A stretch of DNA of 64,000 bases, taken from positions 3,418,052 to 3,482,051 of the forward strand of contig OY282377.1 of assembly GCA_958295785.1 (NCBI GenBank). Reading direction: 5' to 3'. Each line of letters begins with the position of its first letter. Position 1 is the first letter of the stretch. The notes beneath the pieces were generated by a model, which searched no databases, was not told the DNA's origin, and saw only the letters and a list, made by a program, of their open reading frames with translations. A program made the position numbers and the translations under genes. Of the stretch, positions 1-8,945 are shown one piece after another. The stretch comes from an uncultured Latescibacterota bacterium (GTDB lineage Bacteria > Latescibacterota > UBA2968).

Positions 1-358
1 TCTCGCTATCGGCGTATTCCAGCGCGTAATCCGAGACGTGATCGCCCAGTTCATTGCCATCCGTGGCAAAATCGGCCAGTCCCTCTTGATAACGACTCAC
101 GCGATCTTCAACCGCGTGCAAAAACAGGAGATAGGTCGCTTTCGCGCCGCCCATATCCACCTGCACCGCATCGCGGTCGAGCAATACGGCATTCGGTTCG
201 TTTGGCACGCCCAGATCAAACGGCATGCCCAAAACGGACTGCCTCCCGTACATCGCGTCCCAATCCTCGCCCCCAAACCCCTCCAACTGCCCGCGGTCCA
301 CATTGTAATGCTTCGCCAGCGAAATCGGCGTAACATGTTCAGACGGAGGAATATTCAT
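1..358 (-). CDS. 5' part of a hypothetical protein that runs off the window (MNIPPSEHVTPISLAKHYNV...)
   Basis: Manual translation of the minus strand is open from ATG 358 to the window edge, with a GAGGTG RBS upstream. Not in the ORF track because no stop lies in the window. Confidence 0.7.
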   Translation of the reverse strand, partial: MNIPPSEHVTPISLAKHYNVDRGQLEGFGGEDWDAMYGRQSVLGMPFDLGVPNEPNAVLLDRDAVQVDMGGAKATYLLFLHAVEDRVSRYQEGLADFATDGNELGDHVSDYALEYADSE

Positions 359-384
359 CGCGCACCTCGCCGAGTAAATTGTCA

Positions 385-855
385 TACCAAATTGATTTTT
401 ATTTTTCCGTATCCTGCCTCCCATCAGGGAGGAATGAGGAGTGGGGAACAGACGTTCCTCAGAGATCATGCGTTGCTTGTCTCAAGCGTTTGGTTCTGCC
501 TCCGCGTGGGGTGCCTTCGATGCGTTGGCTACGCCTGTGCCTACGGCGTGCGGCGACTTCCTTTTTTTTAACAGCAAAAAAAAGGAAGCAAAAAATGCCG
601 CTCTCAAACGCCGAGGGGCTTGCAACAGCGCAAATCGCTTTTGTAATAGGACGACATGCGTTGGCCTGCAAGGTGGGTTGCAAGAGGGAGGTTGGTTGCG
701 AGACGGACTTGCGCGCTGTGCGCGATGGCTTTGTCTGATGGTCTTTTGGGATGGCCTGGTTGCCATGGCTTATTTGACGTACTGCGTAACGTCAAGGGAA
801 TCATTTGCGGGTCGCATATCGCATCACATCAGGGCAACAGAAAATCAATTTAGTA
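385..855. mobile_element. ~470-bp non-coding MITE-like element with 15-bp terminal inverted repeats (copy 1)
   Basis: Ends are TACCAAATTGATTTT and AAAATCAATTTAGTA (14/15 inverted match). Colinear with a diverged inverted copy at 47204-47694. Confidence 0.75.
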
Positions 856-882
856 CAAAGGGGATCGGTGATGGGCATATCG

Positions 883-2451
883 TCACATCCCCCACACATC
901 GATCTCGGCGCCGTTGCTCGCCACCCGCCGCTCGTGGAACACCTTGTCGTCCCAACGCCGCCCTTCGCGCCGGTCAAAGATCACCAAATGACCCGACTCT
1001 GTAGCGCAACGATCCATATACTCGGCGGTCTGATCCAAGCCATCGGCGATGGTTTGCGCCAAGCTTCTGTGGAGAATTTTGCACTCGATCACAACCTCGT
1101 GCGTCTGATCCCCCTGCGGCCAGACGATGAGCAGATCCGTACACATCCGCCCCAAACCGTACTCTCGCTCAATGCGCCCACCGCTGTTCACAATGCGCTG
1201 GAGGAATGCTTGAAGCAACAACTGAGGCCCGGCCTCCTGATACTCGAATCGCTTCACCCAATGCTCCGAGTGTTCGCGGAAGAACGTTTGGAACGCGGTC
1301 AGCAGTTTGACCACGTTTAGGCCGCCATTGGCATCGACGTACCAAGCCGCATCCTGATTAAACTCTTCTTGTACCACCCACGTCATTTCGCACGGGATCA
1401 CCTCGGCGTAGATCGGATTGGCGATACGCAAGGGACGATCTTGAGCTACGAGACCGAGATCGCGCACATACTCCAAATCCCGATTGATGAAGTCGCGTTT
1501 CTCGCCACCGCTCAACAAAGGCTCAACGACGCGTCGCACGCGGTCCTCTTGAAGTTTGTCTGTCAGTTGGTCGAGATGCGTCTCTCGGCGCAGGATGAGT
1601 TGCTCGCGGGCGTCGAGGATGGCGGCGGTGGTGATCGCCCGATCTTCTGCGGCGGCGCCATAGAAGCAGGCTTCTTCCGCCAAGGCGTTGACCAGCCAGG
1701 GCTGACCTTGGGTCTGGTTGCATATCGTCTCTAGCGCGTCTGGGGTGAACGCCTGCCCTGTCTCTTCGGTGTGTTGCGCCAGCAAGGCGACCACCTCATC
1801 ACGCGAGAAGTCGCCCAAGCGCAGGGATCGCGCTTTGATGTTGAACGCACTGCCGCCGGTGATGATATCGTTGGTCGAACCAGAACGGATGCGGTAGTCG
1901 CGCACATCGCGCACGCCGCACAGTATCACACTCTGCGGAAAACCCGCCGGACGGAGGTCATAGCCAGCGCGCAATTGCCGCAACACCGACAGCAACGCGT
2001 CGCCGATCAGCGCGTCTATTTCGTCGATGAGCAACACCAAAGGCTTCGGGGTTGCTTCAGCCCAGCGCGTCAGGGATTCGCGCAGGGCCGCGTGAGGACC
2101 GTACTTGGTCAAGATGTCGAACCAAACCGCGTCTAAAAACGCGTCGCCTATTGAACGCGCTCGAGATGCCAACTCGCCTAAAATGGTGCGAATGACCTGT
2201 TCCACATCTTCGCGCCCGGCCTGCCCGCCTTCGACATTGACGTACACGCAAGCGTAGGCGGCTTCGGCATTGAGCAGATCGCGCAGAGTTAGCAATGCAG
2301 AAGTCTTGCCCGTTTGCCGAGGCGCGTGCAGGACAAAGTAGCGTTTGTTGCGGATAAGCCGCCGCACCTCGGCGAGATCCAGCCGTTCCAACGGCGGGAT
2401 GCAGTAGTGATCCGCGGCCACCACAGGGCCACTCGTGTTAAAAAAGCGCAT
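883..2451 (-). CDS. AAA ATPase fused to a C-terminal PD-(D/E)XK nuclease-like domain
   Basis: Walker A APRQTGKT, Walker B LLIDEID, C-terminal D...VVIECK motif. GGAGG RBS before MRFFNTSGP. Confidence 0.8.
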   Translation of the reverse strand: MRFFNTSGPVVAADHYCIPPLERLDLAEVRRLIRNKRYFVLHAPRQTGKTSALLTLRDLLNAEAAYACVYVNVEGGQAGREDVEQVIRTILGELASRARSIGDAFLDAVWFDILTKYGPHAALRESLTRWAEATPKPLVLLIDEIDALIGDALLSVLRQLRAGYDLRPAGFPQSVILCGVRDVRDYRIRSGSTNDIITGGSAFNIKARSLRLGDFSRDEVVALLAQHTEETGQAFTPDALETICNQTQGQPWLVNALAEEACFYGAAAEDRAITTAAILDAREQLILRRETHLDQLTDKLQEDRVRRVVEPLLSGGEKRDFINRDLEYVRDLGLVAQDRPLRIANPIYAEVIPCEMTWVVQEEFNQDAAWYVDANGGLNVVKLLTAFQTFFREHSEHWVKRFEYQEAGPQLLLQAFLQRIVNSGGRIEREYGLGRMCTDLLIVWPQGDQTHEVVIECKILHRSLAQTIADGLDQTAEYMDRCATESGHLVIFDRREGRRWDDKVFHERRVASNGAEIDVWGM

Positions 2452-2474
2452 GATACAAGTCGCCTCCAAGTCAA

Positions 2475-4343
2475 TCACAAAAAATACCGCTCTTGCTTCA
2501 CCATCGCCTCAAACTCGGCTCTCGCATGTTGCACCTCTTCCACAGTCGAAACTTCCGCGACCGGCACATCCCACCAACTTTCATAACTCGGCACGCGCAC
2601 CTCGCGGTCCACCTCCACCGCGATCACGGTCGTGTGATCCACGCGCCGCGCTTCGGCTATCGCCCGCATCAACCCCTCCTTGCCCTCGGGCCGCAACACG
2701 TACGCGCCCAAACTCTCGGCATTTGCGGCCAAATCCGTCGGCACATGCTCCCCATCCAACTGCCCGGTTTGGGCATCGCGCATCTTGTAGCGCGTCCCAA
2801 ACTCGTGCGCGCCCACCGCGTCCGACAATCCCCCAATGCTCGCAAACCCGTGATTATCCAGCAAAACGATATTCAACTTCATCCCCTCCTGCACCGACGT
2901 GGCGATCTCCTGCGCCATCATCAAATACGACCCATCGCCCACCATCACATACACCTCGCGGTCGGGATCGGCCATCTTAATGCCCAACCCCCCGGCGATC
3001 TCGTAGCCCATGCAAGAATAGCCGTACTCGAGGTGATAGCCCTTGGGATTGCGCGTGCGCCACAGCTTGTGCAAATCCCCCGGCAGGCTGCCCGCGGCGC
3101 AAACCATCACATCCTCGGGCGCGGACCCTTCATTCACCGCGCCGATCACCTCCCCTTGGCTCAAAACGGGGCGATGTCCCAAATTGTAAATGCGATTGAC
3201 CTCGGTCTCCCACGCCTCCCGAAACGCCGCAATTCGCCGCGTCAAATCCTCTGGCACGCGATACCCCTGCACGGCTTCGGCGAGTTCCTCGAGCACCACC
3301 CGCGCATCGCCCACCAATGGCAGCGCGCCGTGTTTGCCCGCGTCAAATTCCGCCACATTCACCGCGATGAATTTCACATTCGGATTTTGAAACGCCGTCT
3401 TGGACGCGGTCGTAAAATCGCTCAAGCGCGTGCCAATCGCGATCACCAAATCCGCCTCGCGTGCGATGGTATTCGCGCCCGGCGTGCCCGTCACCCCCAC
3501 CGCGCCCAAATTGTTGGCGTGGTCGCAATTCAGCGATCCCTTGCCCGCTTGCGTCTCGCCTATTGGAATACCCGTTCGCGCCACAAATGCCGCCAGCGCG
3601 TCGCTCGCCTCGCTGTACAGCACCCCGCCGCCCGCTATTGCCATCGGGCACTTGCTCGCCCGAATCCACGATGCGGCTTTTGCCACCAAATCGCGATCCG
3701 GGCGATTGCGCGGCACCACCCAAACGCGCTTTTCAAACAACTGTTCGGGATAGTCAAACGCCTCGGTCTGCACGTCTTGCGGACAACACAATGTCACCGC
3801 GCCCGTCTCGACCGGCGACGTCAAAACCCGCATCACCTCGGGCAACGCGACAATGGCCTGATCCGCCCGATTCAACCGATCCCAGTACCGGGACACGGGC
3901 TTAAAACAATCGTTCACGGAAATATCCTGAGACGCATTGGATTCTAATTGTTGCAATACCGGCGCGACATTGCGCCGCGCAAAAATATCGCCCGGCAACA
4001 GCAACACCGGCAAGCGGTTGATCGTCGCGGTCGCCGCGCCCGTCACCATATTGGTCGCGCCCGGGCCAATCGACGCGGTACACGCCAAGGTGCTCAAGCG
4101 GTTTTTCATCTTCGCATACGCCGCCGCCGTATGCACCATCGCCTGTTCATTGCGCGTTTGATAATACCGAAACTCGTCGCGGTATTGGTGCAATGCCTGC
4201 CCGATCCCGGCCACATTGCCGTGCCCAAAAATGCCCGACATCCCCGCAAAAAAGGGTTGTTCAACCCCATCGCGCGAGACGTGTTGCGCCTTCAAAAACT
4301 GCACTATCGCCTGCGCCATCGTCAATCGCCGCGTCTTTGCCAT
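2475..4343 (-). CDS. iolD: 3D-(3,5/4)-trihydroxycyclohexane-1,2-dione acylhydrolase (ThDP-dependent, inositol catabolism)
   Basis: GIFGHGNVAG, RNEQAMVH, EYGYSCMGYE and GDGSYLM motifs. Confidence 0.95.
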   Translation of the reverse strand: MAKTRRLTMAQAIVQFLKAQHVSRDGVEQPFFAGMSGIFGHGNVAGIGQALHQYRDEFRYYQTRNEQAMVHTAAAYAKMKNRLSTLACTASIGPGATNMVTGAATATINRLPVLLLPGDIFARRNVAPVLQQLESNASQDISVNDCFKPVSRYWDRLNRADQAIVALPEVMRVLTSPVETGAVTLCCPQDVQTEAFDYPEQLFEKRVWVVPRNRPDRDLVAKAASWIRASKCPMAIAGGGVLYSEASDALAAFVARTGIPIGETQAGKGSLNCDHANNLGAVGVTGTPGANTIAREADLVIAIGTRLSDFTTASKTAFQNPNVKFIAVNVAEFDAGKHGALPLVGDARVVLEELAEAVQGYRVPEDLTRRIAAFREAWETEVNRIYNLGHRPVLSQGEVIGAVNEGSAPEDVMVCAAGSLPGDLHKLWRTRNPKGYHLEYGYSCMGYEIAGGLGIKMADPDREVYVMVGDGSYLMMAQEIATSVQEGMKLNIVLLDNHGFASIGGLSDAVGAHEFGTRYKMRDAQTGQLDGEHVPTDLAANAESLGAYVLRPEGKEGLMRAIAEARRVDHTTVIAVEVDREVRVPSYESWWDVPVAEVSTVEEVQHARAEFEAMVKQERYFL

Positions 4344-4361
4344 ATCGACCTCTCAGTGGTC

Positions 4362-4506
4362 AGTCCGCTGATTCGCTGATTCGGACAGGCACGGGGGCAC
4401 TACGTTTTTATTTTTGCATCTTTCATCTGTGTCGTGAACTGCATGACGTAGTTGTACCCTGTCCGCTGATTCGTTGACTTGGACAGGCACGGGGGCTTGT
4501 CCCTAC
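4362..4506. repeat. Pair of REP-like GTAG-family palindromic units
   Basis: GTCCGCTGATTCG...GGACAGGCACGGGGGC occurs twice. The second reads GTAGGGACAAGCCCCCGTGCCTGTCC on the minus strand. Confidence 0.65.
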
Positions 4507-4582
4507 AATTCATAGGCGTTGATTCGCCTATGAATTGGCTTGAGAACCGGATAGTTGTACCCCGCGCCGTGTCGCCCTTGGA

Positions 4583-5353
4583 TCACCCCAACACATCCGT
4601 CCGGTCGTGTACGCCAGGCGGCAAGAGAACGCGCTTTTGTCGTTCGGTCAGCCCTTCATAAGCCGAACTGTCGTAGCCCTTCGGCGCGGAAATCAAATGC
4701 CCCGGACCGTACTTGTAAAGCAACACTTTGCGCTCGTGATCCGCCCGCCAGGGCAAGGTGCCGTGTATCAGGGCTTCCGTAAAAAAGATCGCATCGCCCG
4801 CTTTTGCCGGCGGCTGGACAACATAGTGCGGAACCCGCTCAAACCGCTGCACATCGCGCGGCAAATCCATCCTGAAATTGCTCTTGTGGCTGCCCCGCAC
4901 ACAGGCAAACCCGCCATCGCCCGCATTTGCATCCGACAACAAATAGGTCAAAACCGACAAGCCACACTGCATGGTGCCATCTCGATATTTGTAATAGTGG
5001 TGGAACAAATCCGGCTTGCCCCCGTGCAAACTCCCGCGCTTACCATTTTTTGTCATAAAAATGGCGTAATCGTGATCCAAGCGGAACTTCGGGCCGAGCA
5101 ATTCCACGAGATAGGGCAACACCTTCGGATGATCGATCAAATTCCGACACGCCACATCCCAATCCACAACACTCGGCGCACGGCGCACTCCATGGGCATT
5201 GCCAAAGGCCCCATCTGCTTCCGCATCCGCGTAATCCCTGGGAAACGCTCGGTCCGCCACCGCGTTGAGAACATCCAATTCCTCTCGGCTCAACACATCT
5301 TTGATCACCAAATAGCCATCGAGGTCAAACATGAATTTTTCTTCTGCGGTCAT
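4583..5353 (-). CDS. Phytanoyl-CoA dioxygenase (PhyH) family Fe(II)/2OG oxygenase
   Basis: FDLDGYLVIKDVL, GGFACVRGSHK and AKAGDAIFFTEALIHGT motifs; GGAGG RBS. Confidence 0.85.
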   Translation of the reverse strand: MTAEEKFMFDLDGYLVIKDVLSREELDVLNAVADRAFPRDYADAEADGAFGNAHGVRRAPSVVDWDVACRNLIDHPKVLPYLVELLGPKFRLDHDYAIFMTKNGKRGSLHGGKPDLFHHYYKYRDGTMQCGLSVLTYLLSDANAGDGGFACVRGSHKSNFRMDLPRDVQRFERVPHYVVQPPAKAGDAIFFTEALIHGTLPWRADHERKVLLYKYGPGHLISAPKGYDSSAYEGLTERQKRVLLPPGVHDRTDVLG

Positions 5354-5434
5354 CGCACCTCCTAGCAATTGCGTAAATATTGCCCATTATATCCTCCTTG
5401 AATTACACGTTATAGAATTTGTTATTATATTTAT

Positions 5435-6119
5435 TACTCTGTAAATTAAGTTATTCTAAGTTTTGAATTGTCTGGATAAACGCGTTGATAATGGGTATTC
5501 ATCTTGTCTCTCGCCTTGGGCAAAGTGAACTGCCAATTCAAGGGGATACCCTTGGCCTCTCGCTCCTGAAAAAAGGCCAAAACTTCCCGGCGCAGTTCCG
5601 CCTGCGTCGCGATGCGCCTATTCAAACATCCTCGCGCCAGAGCCGAAAACTCAATCTCGATCATGTTCAACCAACTCGCCGACTTGGGAGTAAAGAAGAA
5701 CTCAAACTTCTGCGCGAGGGCAAACGCCTCATCGGCCGGCAAGTAACGATAGAAGGCATGGCGGGTATGCGTGTTGAGATTGTCTTGCACCAAGCGGATT
5801 TTCTCCGCTTGTGGCCAATGCTGTGTCAGGGCCTGACAAAAGTGGGTGTCTTCCTTCATCGTGCGCCGAGGATAGATTTCGGCAAGCCGTTTGCCGCTTA
5901 AAGGCTCAATGGCGACCAACAGCGCACGCGAGCCGTGTTTGGTATAGGCATCATGTTCTTTGGTCACTTGGCCTGTTGTTAGGGGCAAGGGATCCAGGAC
6001 TTGTCCGATGAGAAAACAAGGACGTTCATCAAAGCAGACCCCAGGAACATTGGGATCATTGGGCATGCGAACGCCTCCTTGAAATAATTGAAATTCCAAA
6101 GTATTTAATTTACAGAGTA
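5435..6119 (-). mobile_element. Internally deleted IS630-family element carrying only the DDE half of the transposase
   Basis: Perfect 15-bp TIRs TACTCTGTAAATTAA beginning with TA. ORF has VCFDE, VQDNLNTH and TPKSASWLNMIE motifs but no N-terminal HTH. Confidence 0.9.
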
Positions 6120-6717
6120 CTTAGAAAATCTTGGATATATTGTAGAATCTCAAATTTTACAAGCCGTCCATTTTGGAGTTCCACAAAAAAGAGAAAGACT
6201 TTTTGTCATTGCACATCGGGGAAATTGGCATTTTCCAAGAGGTAAGTTCTTTCATCCCGTTACTGCTGGGGAAGCACTGGCGGAACTCGCTTATAGTATT
6301 CCAGAGAACGCCAAATTTCTGACACCGAGCATGGACAAATACGTCGCAAATTACGAACGCGCATCTCAATGTATTCGCCCTCGAGATCTTCATCTCAACC
6401 AACCCGCAAGAACGATAACATGTCGAAATTTACATGGGGCTACGGGCGACATGATGCGTATTAAACTAAAAGATGGAAGACGCAGGCGGCTCAGTGTAAG
6501 AGAAAGTGCCCGATTGCAAAGTTTTCCCGACTGGTTTCAGTTTTGTGGGAGTGAAGGTAGCCAATTTAACCAAGTGGGCAATGCTGTACCGCCTTTGCTC
6601 GCAAAGGTATTGGCAATAGAAATTCAAAAGTGCTACGACGGCCCTGAACTTTCCCAAGATGATGTTAACCACGTCAAGCGAAAATACCCAAAATCCTCTC
6701 AACTCGAGATATTTTGA
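6120..6717 (+). pseudogene. 5'-truncated DNA (cytosine-5)-methyltransferase
   Basis: Frame contains AVHFGVPQKRERLF (motif VIII), RRLSVRESARLQSFPD (IX) and QVGNAVPP (X). Motifs I-VI are absent and replaced by the IS630 end. Confidence 0.85.
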
Positions 6718-6732
6718 TCTCAAAAAATTACC

Positions 6733-7726
6733 ATGACCTCCATTCAAGTCAAAATATCAGAAGCCCGCACAATTCTCCGAGCAATAGGTATCCCACTCGG
6801 AGAGGGTGAGCTAAAAACCGAACTGCGGCAAGACCGACTCGCGCTTACATTGCTTGCAGTATCAGATATAAAACCTTCGTCAAAATGGGAGGAAGCAAAA
6901 ATACATGGGGATGGAAATGACTACGCACTACGAACGCGAGATATCATAGAATTTTGGAATAAATTTTACGGATTGAATCTTTCGCCGGGGTCCTATGACG
7001 ACGTCAGGCGAAAAAATCTCGTTTATTTGCTTGAAGCAGGATTGGTTTTACGCAGTGCCCACGATCCAAACGCCAATACAAATAATCCAACGCGTCGATA
7101 TGCCGTATCACAGATTGGCTTGGATCTCTTACACCAATTTGGAAAATCTGGATGGGAAGAATGCGTCAATCGGTTTAAGTCTGAATGTGGAGATTTGCGT
7201 AAAAGACTACAAAGAGATCGCCAAAGAGCAATGATACCGGTAAAATTTCCAACTGGACACGAGCTATCTTTAACCCCGGGGCACCACAATGTTCTCCAAA
7301 AGGCCATTGTCGAAGAATTTCTACCTCGTTTCGCGCCAGGTGCTGAGATTTTATATTTGGGCGATACAACGAAAAACAACTCTTTAAGCATGAAGAACGC
7401 TTGCAAACGTTGGGATTTTTTGACCTAAATCAGGACCTACTGCCAGATGTCGTAGCCTACGACCGAAAGAACAACTGGATTCTTTTGATTGAAGCAGTCC
7501 ATTCTTCCAATCCGATCAGCAAATTAAGACATTTGGACTTGGAACGCTTAACGGCGAGGTGTCGGGCAGGCAGGGTATTCGTAAGTGTTTTTCAGAACCG
7601 TGAGGAATTTAGAAATGGGTCGTAGAGATAAGTTGGGAAACAGAAGTATGGCTCGTTGACGAACCTTCTCATCTGATTCATTTCGATGGCGAGAAATTCC
7701 TTGGCCCTCACCGAGTTGATGGTTGA
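6733..7726 (+). pseudogene. BsuBI/PstI-family type II restriction endonuclease with two single-base frameshifts
   Basis: SPGSYDDVRRK, TNNPTRRY, PGHHNVLQKAIVEEFLPRF, LPDVV..LIEAVHS and ISWETEVW are spread over three frames. Shifts fall in A-runs near 7375 and 7615, so they may be sequencing errors. Confidence 0.8.
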
Positions 7727-7808
7727 TCATTTCCAATCGCTACACTTTCTTGAACGCGCCGAAACTATCCGTGTCCCCGCCATCTCCCGCAATTGCAATC
7801 CCATCCTC

Positions 7809-8945
7809 CTATCTGTAGGGCAATGGCTTGGGGGCGAGCCATTCGACGATTCGGTCTTTAATCGCCCAAGCAAAAAAGAAATTCCCGCGCGGCGTGTGGT
7901 GGCCGATATAATACGGCGCCAAAAACGCCTGTACATCCCCCCGATACGTTGTGTATGCCTCCCGGAATGCCTCGCGCAAATCGATCACCGGCACATCCTT
8001 TGTCGCCAACCAATCCAAAAACGTCTGGTCAAAAAGGGGCTTGCCTTCCAATGCTTGGGCCATATTGCGCGCGCCAAACGACAAAATCACCAGCAACTTT
8101 TTTTCATTGGCCTTTGTAAATGCCTCGGCCTTTTCAATGACAAACCGAGTCGCAAACAAGGCCGCTTCGGTATGCAACCCGTAAACCTCGGCATCCGAGC
8201 CTGCGTTCTCGCGTTCTCCGCCCAGACTTCGCGCCATTGCCGCTACATCTTCCACACTGCCTTTGCGCGCCATCACTGCGTGCAAAATCGGATCGTTGCC
8301 AAACGTCTCCCACACCCAGTCCGTGTCGCACAGCCGATAGAGTTCTTCCGGCGTTTTGCAGAGGTTTTCGCGCTCTTCAACGCTGCCGCGTTCCAAGTTG
8401 ACGCGCAAATGCGGCAGTGTGAACCGCCCCTGTCTGCCCATGCGAATGGACCGCCACGCATCCAAATTGCGAAAGTGATCGTCGTCCCACACATTCAAAA
8501 TTACGTACTCGGCGGGGTGTTCCCGCTCCACGATCAACATGCGCCGATACGCCTGATACACGCTGTGCCCGCCAATGCCGTAATTGCGGACCGGCTCCAA
8601 CAGATGGGCGGCCAAATACTCCTGCCACGTCTCGCCATTGCTGACCTGATCGCAATGCGTAAAGCTGTTTCCATACGTGTGGATGCGGCAGGCGCGATCC
8701 GCATAATTGACCCCCTGCCGCGCACCGTCCTTTTGGTATGCGTAAAACCCGCGCGAACCATCCACGCCACCGCCGCGAAATCCGTCGCAAACCACCCATC
8801 CAATTTCGGGATCAAACGCCGACTTCGCATTGTTGCACATCGCCCTCGCCAACTCGCGTGGCACCTCCGCCTTCGCAGGCGTCACAAAGTGATCCACCAT
8901 CTCGCGCGTCGGCATAATCGACGCCAAATATTCGCGTCTCGTCAT
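7809..8945 (-). CDS. Hypothetical protein, SGNH/GDSL-like
   Basis: YGNSFT, NYGIGGHSVYQA and C-terminal GHHTPRGN motifs resemble SGNH blocks. Start overlaps the res stop. Confidence 0.55.
   Translation of the reverse strand: MTRREYLASIMPTREMVDHFVTPAKAEVPRELARAMCNNAKSAFDPEIGWVVCDGFRGGGVDGSRGFYAYQKDGARQGVNYADRACRIHTYGNSFTHCDQVSNGETWQEYLAAHLLEPVRNYGIGGHSVYQAYRRMLIVEREHPAEYVILNVWDDDHFRNLDAWRSIRMGRQGRFTLPHLRVNLERGSVEERENLCKTPEELYRLCDTDWVWETFGNDPILHAVMARKGSVEDVAAMARSLGGERENAGSDAEVYGLHTEAALFATRFVIEKAEAFTKANEKKLLVILSFGARNMAQALEGKPLFDQTFLDWLATKDVPVIDLREAFREAYTTYRGDVQAFLAPYYIGHHTPRGNFFFAWAIKDRIVEWLAPKPLPYR

Noticed and set aside
379-1004. ORFs overlapping the MITE-like element (119, 187, 94 aa and others)
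   Set aside because: Reading frames are not preserved in the second copy and there is no protein-like signal.
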